Shown: positions 1 through 8,160 of the stretch, piece after piece
Layout: every line of letters starts with the position of its first letter
Numbering within the stretch: the first letter of the stretch is position 1
Assembly (NCBI GenBank): GCA_964438395.1
Contig: CAYTLC010000047.1
Span: forward strand, 1-14,819
Direction: 5' to 3'
Origin: an uncultured Candidatus Scalindua sp.
GTDB lineage: Bacteria > Planctomycetota > Brocadiia > Brocadiales > Scalinduaceae
Length of the DNA stretch: 14,819 nucleotides
The notes under the pieces: model-generated
The model's database searches: none
What the model saw: the letters and a program-made list of their open reading frames with translations, nothing else
Told to the model about the DNA's origin: nothing
Translations under genes and position numbers: made by a program

Positions 1-1101
1 ATTCTTCCCTGTGCCCATGCAGCCGAATCAACTACAGTGACGGTGGACGGTGTTGGCACATTAATAGGGAATGACAAGGCACGTGCGAGGGATGAGGCAC
101 TCAGAGACGCTTACCGGATGGCACTTGAAAAGGCCGGGGTTAACATGAGCACATATACAGAGATGGTGGACCTTGTCGTAATAAAGGATGTCGTACGCGC
201 AGAAGTATCTGGTCATGTGACGTCCTGGGAGATAGAAGATGAAGGTGTGCGGGGTGACGGTCTCTACTACGTGACCATAACGGCAAAAGTTGTAAAAGCT
301 CCTATTAAGAAAGATGATAAAGAGGCGTTGAGGTTGATTATAAACATGATGGGTAACCCCAGGTTTATCGTATTGATAGACGAGGCGAATAATGGAGAGA
401 AACCACCGTTTTCCACTCTTGAAGCTACGCTGACGGAGACATTGACTGATTATGGATACCACAGCATTGACCCGATACAGCAAAAAATAATTGAAGAGAC
501 AGAAGATGCCAGAAGGGCAATAGGGGGAGATACTAAAGCGGCACAGAAGCTTGCTATGAGAATGCAGGCTGACGTGATAATTACCGGCAAGGTATATACA
601 GAAAAGCTGCCAAAGAATGAGTACTTTAAAGAGACTAACTGGGTATCGAGCAAGGCATACAGTACTGTCCGGGCAGTAATCGCAGAGACGGGTAAGGTAC
701 TGGATGTTGCCAGCCCGGAGAAACCGGGCGCTGGATTGACCTTCAATGATGCAGGGACTAAGGCAATCAAACAGTGCGGACAGAGCCTGGCAGACGATCT
801 TATATGGAACATTCCTCAGCATATAGATGTTTATGACGGAAAAACCATTCAATTGCTGGTAAACGGGATCGAATACTCCGACTACTCTAAGTTGACCGGT
901 GAATTAAGAAACATGAGAAAGGTGACATATGTATTCCCAAGAGGATGGGAAAAAGATCAACCTGCTGTCTACGATGTAAAGACTATGGGTAATGCAGAAG
1001 CTCTGGCAGCAAGGCTTGAAGCTTTCGGTATGGAGATAGTAAGATTCAGTATGAATAAGATAGAGGTGAAAAAGGCTAAAAAGGGTTGGTTTAGTTGGTG
1101 A
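1..1101 (+). CDS. Secreted/periplasmic protein with FlgT/LPP20-like N-terminal region and CsgG/FlgO-like middle region (5' partial)
   Basis: The listed ORF starts at GTG 37, but the frame is open to base 1 and reads ILPCAHAAESTTVTVDGVGT, which looks like the end of a signal peptide (AHA|AE). The true start is therefore probably upstream of the window. ARARDEALRDAYRMALEKAGV..VSGHVTSWEI..YYVTITAKV resembles the FlgT-N/LPP20 fold, and ADVIITGKVYTE..STVRAVIAETGKVLD resembles CsgG/FlgO-like proteins. Confidence 0.7.
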   Translation: MLPCAHAAESTTVTVDGVGTLIGNDKARARDEALRDAYRMALEKAGVNMSTYTEMVDLVVIKDVVRAEVSGHVTSWEIEDEGVRGDGLYYVTITAKVVKAPIKKDDKEALRLIINMMGNPRFIVLIDEANNGEKPPFSTLEATLTETLTDYGYHSIDPIQQKIIEETEDARRAIGGDTKAAQKLAMRMQADVIITGKVYTEKLPKNEYFKETNWVSSKAYSTVRAVIAETGKVLDVASPEKPGAGLTFNDAGTKAIKQCGQSLADDLIWNIPQHIDVYDGKTIQLLVNGIEYSDYSKLTGELRNMRKVTYVFPRGWEKDQPAVYDVKTMGNAEALAARLEAFGMEIVRFSMNKIEVKKAKKGWFSW

Positions 1102-1233
1102 TAGGGAAAGACAAAAGTCTGGATTCACAATCCCAGAATTTCTAAATCCTTAAATCAGTAAAAAATTTGAGTAAATTTGTTGAGTTAGTGTCGTCTTTTT
1201 TATCTTCATTAATCTGTGCCCCGGAATATGCAT

Positions 1234-2772
1234 ATGAAAAGATTATTTGCCCTGACACTGTTATTAGTCATTCTTTGTTCGATGTTCGGTTGTGTTACTG
1301 TGAATATCGTTAAGGATACACACACGGTACCACCACCTCCTCAACAGAAGCAGACGGTTCCTATGTATATGGAAAAGGAATATTCTGCCCCTCAGAAGGT
1401 TGATGCCTCCGAATTTGAGAAAGATATGAAGAGAGGCCGCGATCTTCTGAGCCGAAAACAGTACGGGGAGTCTATCGACTGTTTTAAAGCAATTGCGATA
1501 AGACATCCCAGAGAGACAAAGGTTCAGTACTATATTGCACTTGCCTATGACGAGAGTGGTGATAAGAGAGAGGCTTTACGGGGGTACAAGAGTTTCGTCG
1601 ATATTCAGACAGGTAATGAGGTACTGGTACGGAAGTCCAGGAGCAGGATACGTGTGCTCAAGGACACTATTGCGGAGGAGCTTATCAAGGCGGCAACTGT
1701 ACTTGTAGAGGACCATGAGTATGGAGGTTCTTTTAAGAGGCTTGAAGAGGCGTATGACCTGCGACCATCTCCTGCCACATCAAAGAAAATTGTAGAGCTG
1801 TATGACAGGTATTCAATAAACTCTATAGCCTGGCAGATGTCATCCTTCGGTGATTTGTTATCTGAGAACTCTGTATCTATCGTGCCTTTTACTGATCTGG
1901 CAGGAGAAGGGACCAGGGAGGGGAGTGCCGTTGCGATGGAGCTTAAGAATGAGCTTGTTAATATGGAGGAGTTAGATGTCTATGTTCGCGATGATGCTTC
2001 TCTCAAAGCTATATTGAATGAGGTAGAGTTTGGTGATTCCGGCGCCATTGATGAAAAGACAAGAATAGAGCTGGGCAAACTGGTAAGCACCGGGGCAGTT
2101 ATTACGGGCAGGATCGGTTATGTTGCAGATACATTTAAGATCAATGGATGGATGATAAATGTAGAGACCGGTAAGATAATTACATCCAGGAGCGTCAGTG
2201 TCCTCGGTTGGAATATTGCAGATACGGATAAGTACGCCGATTTCAATATCAAGGTATGGATGGACAGGAAGGAGTACATTATCGGAGATTCGGTGGAGAT
2301 AAATGTACAGACCAACAAGGATTGTTTTGTTACCCTGCTGAACGTTCGCAGTAACGGAGAGATATGGGAGCTGTTCCCCAATAGCTATAATAAGAACAAT
2401 TTCGTAAGGGCAAACACGAGGCACACTATTCCGTCTGGTAATGACAATTTTCGACTGGCCATAGTAGCACCTTCCGGCCAGGATTACATAAAGGCGATAG
2501 CCACCTCAGTACCTATAACCAGAGAGCAGATATCACAGGTACTCTCTGAAGAGAACTCTATCCTGGTATCCCCGGCAGACATCGTCAGGCAGAGAGGAGA
2601 ATCTGCCTTCAGGTCTGTCTCGCCATCAGAGATGAGGGGTCTTCATGAAATCCTGACAAGAGGAGTAGGAGTATTTCCCGATCCGAAAGGCAATCTCAGT
2701 TACAACAATTCCGACTCCGATACCAGGTTTGAGTACGCAGTGAGCACATGGTCGTTTGTGACTAAGAGATGA
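1234..2772 (+). CDS. Probable lipoprotein with TPR-like repeats, CsgG/FlgO-like domain and DUF4384-like C-terminal domain
   Basis: Intact ORF (track 1216..2772). Internal ATG at 1234 begins MKRLFALTLLLVILCSMFGC, a lipoprotein-type signal. TPR-like GRDLLSRKQYGESIDCFKAIAIRHP..YYIALAYDESGDKREALRGY; CsgG-like VSIVPFTDLAG..GAVITGRIGYV; DUF4384-like VWMDRKEYIIGDSVEINVQTNKDCFVTLLNVRSNGEIWELFPN. Confidence 0.7.
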   Translation: MKRLFALTLLLVILCSMFGCVTVNIVKDTHTVPPPPQQKQTVPMYMEKEYSAPQKVDASEFEKDMKRGRDLLSRKQYGESIDCFKAIAIRHPRETKVQYYIALAYDESGDKREALRGYKSFVDIQTGNEVLVRKSRSRIRVLKDTIAEELIKAATVLVEDHEYGGSFKRLEEAYDLRPSPATSKKIVELYDRYSINSIAWQMSSFGDLLSENSVSIVPFTDLAGEGTREGSAVAMELKNELVNMEELDVYVRDDASLKAILNEVEFGDSGAIDEKTRIELGKLVSTGAVITGRIGYVADTFKINGWMINVETGKIITSRSVSVLGWNIADTDKYADFNIKVWMDRKEYIIGDSVEINVQTNKDCFVTLLNVRSNGEIWELFPNSYNKNNFVRANTRHTIPSGNDNFRLAIVAPSGQDYIKAIATSVPITREQISQVLSEENSILVSPADIVRQRGESAFRSVSPSEMRGLHEILTRGVGVFPDPKGNLSYNNSDSDTRFEYAVSTWSFVTKR

Positions 2773-2964
2773 TTGAATGCAATTTATTATTGGATCTATC
2801 TGCTTTTCTCTGCGTGAGAACTTTTCTTGCACCAGATCCACTTCCCACAACGATTAATAGGTAAAGCACTTAAGTTATTTGGATTAAGTGCGCTTTTACA
2901 ATAAGTTTCAGATTTTCAAACTCTAAACCCAATTATATTTATTTAAGAAGAAAGGGGTTGTGAT

Positions 2965-3762
2965 ATGTATCTACGGAGACTTAAACTTCTAGTGGTAGTT
3001 ATGCTGTTTGCAGGAATGGCGTTTACCGGTCAAGCCACGCTTAAGGCTGGTGAAAAGGTGTCCAGCGGAAAGGCAAATATTAATATTGGTGGAGGAGAGA
3101 GGGGTACCATTAACTGGGGTACAGAATTTATCACAGCGAAGGGTATTGTTCCGATAACACAGAATGAAGCGCTTGCAAGAAGAGGTGCTATAGTTGATGC
3201 CAACAGGAGATTACTGGAGATAATCAAGGGTGTTCGTATAGATGCCAAGACTGTTATATCCGACCTTATGGAAGTAAATGATGTCGTAAAGCAGGAGGTG
3301 AGCGGAGTGATTACCCATGCTGAGATAGTGAGTGAAAGCCAGAAGAACGGGAATTACATCATAAATATGCGGGTACCTGTGGGGAAATTCATCTCACTCA
3401 TTGTGAAAGACACACAGGTTTCCATACCGGACTTTCCGGCACCCACTAAATATACTGGACTGCTTATAGATGCCAGGGGGCACAATCTGGAGCCTGCAAT
3501 ATTTGTCAGTATATATAATGACAAGGACGGAACAAAGATATGCGGACCGATCCATCCAATATACCGCGTAAGTGTGAAGGGTCTTAGTAGTATCAATGAA
3601 GATCGTCTTGGTGACAATCCACTCAGGATCAAGATTAAGGGAACAACCGGTCCGAGCAATGTTGACATTACATTAAGTAATGGAAGCTCTAAAAAGGTGA
3701 GGAAGAAGATAATGAATACCGGGATATTCTCAAAGAGTAAGGTCATTATCATAATTGACTAG
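2965..3762 (+). CDS. Secreted protein with FlgT/LPP20-like domain; distant paralogue of the 1..1101 product
   Basis: Signal peptide MYLRRLKLLVVVMLFAGMAFTGQA; upstream AAGAAAGGGG ribosome-binding-like sequence. NEALARRGAIVDANRRLLEIIKGVRIDAKT..DVVKQEVSGVITHAEIV..YIINMRVPV matches the pattern of the first ORF. C-terminal YTGLLIDARGHNLEPAIFVSI.. resembles a motif seen in such secreted proteins. Confidence 0.7.
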   Translation: MYLRRLKLLVVVMLFAGMAFTGQATLKAGEKVSSGKANINIGGGERGTINWGTEFITAKGIVPITQNEALARRGAIVDANRRLLEIIKGVRIDAKTVISDLMEVNDVVKQEVSGVITHAEIVSESQKNGNYIINMRVPVGKFISLIVKDTQVSIPDFPAPTKYTGLLIDARGHNLEPAIFVSIYNDKDGTKICGPIHPIYRVSVKGLSSINEDRLGDNPLRIKIKGTTGPSNVDITLSNGSSKKVRKKIMNTGIFSKSKVIIIID

Positions 3763-3853
3763 ATAACAACCAACCACAGTCGGTTCAATAATCGGAAGAA
3801 GCGTAATGGGGCTGTTGTGGTTAAATGGGGGAGGGGTAAACTAAAAGTAGTAT

Positions 3854-3904
3854 AAAAAAAGGCACAGAGAAATATATTGTTCTTATATATTTCCTGTGCC
3901 TTTT
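3854..3904 (-). terminator. Intrinsic terminator for the minus-strand operon, possibly bidirectional
   Basis: Stem AAAAGGCACAG (3857-3867) pairs with CTGTGCCTTTT (3894-3904), then a bulged A3868, then GAAATATAT (3869-3877) pairs with ATATATTTC (3885-3893), with a 7-nt loop. The minus-strand transcript ends the stem in a T7 run. The plus strand has only TTTT. It lies between convergent genes. Confidence 0.9.
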
Positions 3905-3917
3905 GAGTTTAAATGAA

Positions 3918-5381
3918 TTAAACAGCTATGCCCTTGTCTGTCGGTACAGTAACAGCACTGCTCTTGTACCAATCCTTGTAATAGTCGCCTGAATCGTATA
4001 GTAGACGAAGATTTTCCAGCACCTGCTCAAACACTTGTATCCAGTCAGAGCCAACCCTGAACCCAAACATTGCATTACGTTTACCGTGAGTTGTGCTGCC
4101 GATAGTCTGAAGTGATTTTCTAAATCTTAGTCTTATATTGTCACCGGCGTACAGATGGTCATACATATATTGCATGCCTTCAATGAACTCCTCAAGGTTC
4201 ATATCTATGAGTCTATGAACTACATGTGCAGTATCATAATATTTCCAGTCTTCAGGATAGTTCTTTCTGAAAATCCTCTTTTCAGAGTCAAGCCTGTCGT
4301 AAAGCGCAGTCTTAGGAAACGGGCAGTTGATTCCAAAGGTAAGAACATCAATATTGTTTTGCAGTACAAAATCTGTCATCCTTTTGAATGAATCTTTGTC
4401 ATCTCCATCTGCTCCAAGAACTATTGATCCCCAGACAACCAGGCCATGATCGTGAATTTTCTGAACGCTGTCATAATACTTATCAGCACCAATCCTTAAG
4501 TTAGTCGTTTTATTCATCTTTTCCAGAACCGCTTCATTTGTTGATTCTATGCCGCAGAGAAATCCAAAATTTCCACTCTTTGCCATAAGATCAAGCACCT
4601 CTGCATCCTTTGATATATTGAGTGCAGTAAATCCAAGCCAGTCCTTTTTGATGCCCCTGTCTATCATGCCGCGAAAGAGGTCTTTTGCCCTGTTAGCAGA
4701 GTTCTTACTATGTCCATAGAAGTTATCTTCTGCAAACATGAGTCCCTGATAATCAGTTGATTCCATTTCGTCCAGAACATCTTCAAACGGTCTTTCTCTA
4801 TATTTCTTTCCCTGAAAGGTCGGTACGCTGCAGAAATCGCAGTAATTTGGACAACCTTTAGTTGTAACAATTGATGAAAACTTATAATCATATTTCTTCT
4901 TCAGGAGTTCTCTATCCGGAAATACATGTTTCATCTCTGACAGGCCTGGCAGCCCGCCTTCGTACTTCTTTTTGAGTTCGCCTTTTTCAAAATCTTTAAC
5001 GACTTGTGGCCACAATGTTTCGGCCTCTCCGATAAAAATTGCATCCACATGTTGTGAGGCTTCTTCCGGTACTACTGAAGCGTGTATGCCACCCATTACT
5101 ACGGTCATGCCTTTTTCTCTGCAGACCTTAGCTATCTGGTAAGCTCTTGGCACTTGATATGTAACAGAAGTGATACAAACCATATCCACAGGTTCAAATG
5201 TAATATCTCCTTTATCATCCAGAGCCAGTTCAAGATTTTCATCGATTACGTCAAACTCCCAGTCACCAGGTGTAAGGGCTGCTATGTATGCAAGATTTAA
5301 AGGCATTTGAACTATGACAGTTATGCTCTCCTCGCCATGTCTCCCGGGGGGATGTGGATTGATCAGCATCATTTTTCTCAT
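3918..5381 (-). CDS. B12-binding-domain-type radical SAM protein
   Basis: Radical SAM motif CPNYCDFC (C177/C181/C184, bases 4830-4853). N-terminal region MLINPHPP..DVIDENLE..VVMGGIHASVVPEEA is typical of cobalamin-binding-domain radical SAM proteins, but lacks the DxHxxG His. SD AGGAGG sits upstream of the ATG. Confidence 0.93.
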   Translation of the reverse strand: MRKMMLINPHPPGRHGEESITVIVQMPLNLAYIAALTPGDWEFDVIDENLELALDDKGDITFEPVDMVCITSVTYQVPRAYQIAKVCREKGMTVVMGGIHASVVPEEASQHVDAIFIGEAETLWPQVVKDFEKGELKKKYEGGLPGLSEMKHVFPDRELLKKKYDYKFSSIVTTKGCPNYCDFCSVPTFQGKKYRERPFEDVLDEMESTDYQGLMFAEDNFYGHSKNSANRAKDLFRGMIDRGIKKDWLGFTALNISKDAEVLDLMAKSGNFGFLCGIESTNEAVLEKMNKTTNLRIGADKYYDSVQKIHDHGLVVWGSIVLGADGDDKDSFKRMTDFVLQNNIDVLTFGINCPFPKTALYDRLDSEKRIFRKNYPEDWKYYDTAHVVHRLIDMNLEEFIEGMQYMYDHLYAGDNIRLRFRKSLQTIGSTTHGKRNAMFGFRVGSDWIQVFEQVLENLRLLYDSGDYYKDWYKSSAVTVPTDKGIAV

Positions 5382-5393
5382 TTTTTTATCCTC

Positions 5394-6827
5394 CTAATTA
5401 TTTAAAATCATATTGGCCACCCTCCAACCAGAGGATACTACAGCACATATCCCCGGCCCCGGATTAGTCCAGTGCCCGGCCAGAAAAAGATTTTTGAAGG
5501 GTGTTGTGTGTGAAAGTCTATTTGACCACGTCTGGTCTACAGTAACGGCCCAGCCATAGGCTGCGCCTTTTGAGTTGAGTGTGTAACGATATAACGTCTT
5601 CGGTGTGGCAGCGTCAATTACCTCTATATGGTCCTGGATTTCCGGTACAAAATTTTCCAGATAATTTATTGTATGTTTTTTCATTTTATCTTTATATGCA
5701 ACCCAATCGTCTATGTCGTCATAATTATCTCTTGACGAGACAACAACAGAAATTATTTGTTTGTTATCAGGTGCCAGGCTTGGATCAACTTCCGTAGGAA
5801 CGGAAATATAAAACCAGTCGTTACCTGAAAAACTTAAGTCATTTGATGTATGGTAAAAACCTCTTTTAAGGTCTTTTAAGTCTATTTTGTTATCAAGGCC
5901 AAGGTATAGTAAAAAGAAAGAAACACTTTCCTTCATATTCTCAATCTTGCGAAGATAAGAGTCGTCAACGCTGTTTTTGTCTAATAAAGAGAAAAATGTT
6001 TGTTTTGGATCTATGTTTGAGACAAAGATATCAGCCGAAATTTCCCCTCCTTTTTTAGTTGTAACTCCTTTTATAATATTACTATCCGTAAGCAATCCCT
6101 CAACGCTAGAAGATAGCATAATGTGACCGCCATAGTCAATAAATTTTTGGGTTATCGCATCAGCGAAATTCTGGGTACCACCGACAGGGAAATAAGCTCC
6201 ATCTTTTAGATAATTTACCAACATTTGACACATACCAATAGCTGAAACCTCATGAGGAGGGGAACCAATGTATCCCCACTGTGCAGACAGAGTCATCTTG
6301 AGCTGCTCATCTGTAAAAAAATTGTCCAGCATTTCCTTGTAGGTAAGGTTCTGGTATTTGATGAGCATTTTATGCGCTTCAGTGCTGAATGTAGCCCTGT
6401 ATAATCGGGTGAATTCCTTAAAAAATAGTGATAGTTGTTCTCTTTCTGATGGAAACCGTTCCTTCAGCAGATCCACATAATCATCTATTTCGGCAGGTAC
6501 ATCAATGGAAAATGAGGGGAAATGTATGCTGTCCATCGGATCAAGCTGTAGAAAATTAATATTTATGTCAAGCTCTTTAAGGCACCTGCCAACTACACTC
6601 CATTTTCCACACCCACCAATATGATGAACTGCTGAATCGAAAATAAAACCTTTTCTCTTAAAAGAGGTACAATAACCACCGGGGATACTATGTTGTTCAA
6701 TAATCAGCACGCTCTTTCCCTGTTTTGCCAGGAAAGTCCCGCAGATTAGACCGGCAATTCCGGCACCCAGTACAATTGCATCATACTTGGATTTAATTTC
6801 AGATTTGTTCAGGGAGAAATTACTCAT
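5394..6827 (-). CDS. FAD-dependent oxidoreductase, phytoene desaturase/CrtI-like (NAD(P)/FAD amine-oxidoreductase fold)
   Basis: N-terminal Rossmann motif DAIVLGAGIAGLICGTFLAKQGKSVLIIEQHSIPGGYCTSF; C-terminal AVTVDQTWSNRLSHTTPFKNLFLAGHWTNPGPGICAVVSSG is typical of CrtI/CrtN/RetSat-type enzymes. Confidence 0.9.
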   Translation of the reverse strand: MSNFSLNKSEIKSKYDAIVLGAGIAGLICGTFLAKQGKSVLIIEQHSIPGGYCTSFKRKGFIFDSAVHHIGGCGKWSVVGRCLKELDININFLQLDPMDSIHFPSFSIDVPAEIDDYVDLLKERFPSEREQLSLFFKEFTRLYRATFSTEAHKMLIKYQNLTYKEMLDNFFTDEQLKMTLSAQWGYIGSPPHEVSAIGMCQMLVNYLKDGAYFPVGGTQNFADAITQKFIDYGGHIMLSSSVEGLLTDSNIIKGVTTKKGGEISADIFVSNIDPKQTFFSLLDKNSVDDSYLRKIENMKESVSFFLLYLGLDNKIDLKDLKRGFYHTSNDLSFSGNDWFYISVPTEVDPSLAPDNKQIISVVVSSRDNYDDIDDWVAYKDKMKKHTINYLENFVPEIQDHIEVIDAATPKTLYRYTLNSKGAAYGWAVTVDQTWSNRLSHTTPFKNLFLAGHWTNPGPGICAVVSSGWRVANMILNN

Positions 6828-6846
6828 GAAAGATGTCGCTATGAAG

Positions 6847-8079
6847 TTATGAATATTTTGAGATGATTACGGAAGAGATGTTGCCTGTGTCGGAAAAGGA
6901 GTTGACCAGTACATTGTTTACTTCTGCCTCTCTGCTATCGTTAGGTACGCAATCCAGGTTACACTCTTCATCTTTTTCCTGATAGTTTATTGTCGGAGGG
7001 ATTATACCGTTATTGATTGATAATACACCGGCAACACATTGTAATGAACCTGATGCGTCAAGGCACTCTCCTGTCATAGACTTTATAGCACTTACAGGTA
7101 CTTTATCAGCGCTGTCACCAAAGTAGTCTCTAATGATTTTTGCTTCCATCATGTCACCTGTTACGCTGGAATTTGCACATGCGGATATATAAGAAACGTC
7201 TTCTTTGTTAATCCCGGCATCTTCCATTGCCATAGAGATACTCCTTACACCTTGAGTAGTGTTAATATCGTCACGTGAGGTTTTGTCCGGATTAAACGTA
7301 CATCCGTACCCTTTTATCTCGGCATAGATTTTCGCATTTCTCTCCAATGCGTCTTCAAGCCTTTCTATAACAAGTAACGCAGAAGCTTCACCAATTACAA
7401 AGCCGTTACGTCTTTTGTCAAATGGCGCGGAGATTTCAGCAGCATCACTGCTTCCTGACAATACTCCTGAACTGTAAGCACCCCAGAAAATATCACGGGT
7501 TAAACCATGAACTCCACCGGCTAATACAGCTTTTCCTCTACCTAGCTGTAGGAAATCAGAGGCGTAAATGATAGCGTCCAGTCCGCTGGCAGTTCCATTA
7601 GATATTGTAGAATTTAAACCTGTCGCATTGCAGAAAATAGATACTCTGCTTGCCGGTGCATTCAAGACAGTGTTCGGGAATGCCATGGGATTTACGAAAG
7701 TTGGTCCTTCCTGTAATCCTTCCAGGTCGAATGAGCTGATACTATCAATACTTCCATACGTTGACCCGATTACTATTCCAGTTTCTTCGGCACCATAAGT
7801 TTCGTGAGTGATATTAGCATCTTCCATGGCAAGCTTTGCAGAAGAAGATACCAATAGCGATGTTCTGTCAATGTGCCTGATGCCTTTTTTACCCAGGTAT
7901 TCCTTTGGATCAAAATCAGCAATCTCACCCGCTTTTTTGCTTTTGAATTTGGACACGTCAAAAAGGGTGATATCTTTTATTCCTGAGACACCATTCGTCA
8001 AATTGGTCCAGAACTCATCCTTGTTTACACCGATTGGCGATAAAACACTAATTCCTGTTATAACCAGGCGACTATCCAT
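6847..8079 (-). CDS. FabF-like beta-ketoacyl-ACP synthase homologue lacking the catalytic triad (chain-length-factor-like)
   Basis: Full-length 410-aa thiolase-fold KS: VITGISVLSPIG, FDKRRNGFVIGEASALLVIE, IKSMTGECLDASG. Aligned to the neighbouring KS, the active-site Cys is T163, the first His is C301 and the second His is E338. SD AAGAGGT upstream. Confidence 0.92.
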   Translation of the reverse strand: MDSRLVITGISVLSPIGVNKDEFWTNLTNGVSGIKDITLFDVSKFKSKKAGEIADFDPKEYLGKKGIRHIDRTSLLVSSSAKLAMEDANITHETYGAEETGIVIGSTYGSIDSISSFDLEGLQEGPTFVNPMAFPNTVLNAPASRVSIFCNATGLNSTISNGTASGLDAIIYASDFLQLGRGKAVLAGGVHGLTRDIFWGAYSSGVLSGSSDAAEISAPFDKRRNGFVIGEASALLVIERLEDALERNAKIYAEIKGYGCTFNPDKTSRDDINTTQGVRSISMAMEDAGINKEDVSYISACANSSVTGDMMEAKIIRDYFGDSADKVPVSAIKSMTGECLDASGSLQCVAGVLSINNGIIPPTINYQEKDEECNLDCVPNDSREAEVNNVLVNSFSDTGNISSVIISKYS

Positions 8080-8160
8080 ATAATTTTAAACCTCTTATTA
8101 TGAAAATAATTTAATAACTGAAAAAATATTAAACGTTTAACGTTAACTTGATTTTTGGTA

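Noticed and set aside
61-852. 263-aa minus-strand ORF (and 450..812 -)
   Set aside because: Antisense to a plus-strand ORF with signal-peptide remnant and recognisable domains. Its composition is Cys/Tyr/His-rich, typical of spurious antisense frames.
1972-2424. Minus-strand ORFs inside the DUF4384-like gene (1972..2424, 2118..2381, 1264..1506, 2626..2850)
   Set aside because: All lie opposite a long coherent coding frame and have no recognisable motif.
3773-3822. Inverted repeat AACCACA...TGTGGTT after the 2965..3762 gene as a terminator
   Set aside because: Only about 7 bp of stem with a loop of more than 30 nt and no adjacent T-run. The 3854-3904 hairpin is far stronger.
6847-8079. Second KS as a pseudogene
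   Set aside because: There is no frameshift or stop, length is full (410 aa), an SD is present and fold motifs are retained. A non-catalytic paralogue fits better, though recent decay cannot be fully excluded without orthologues.
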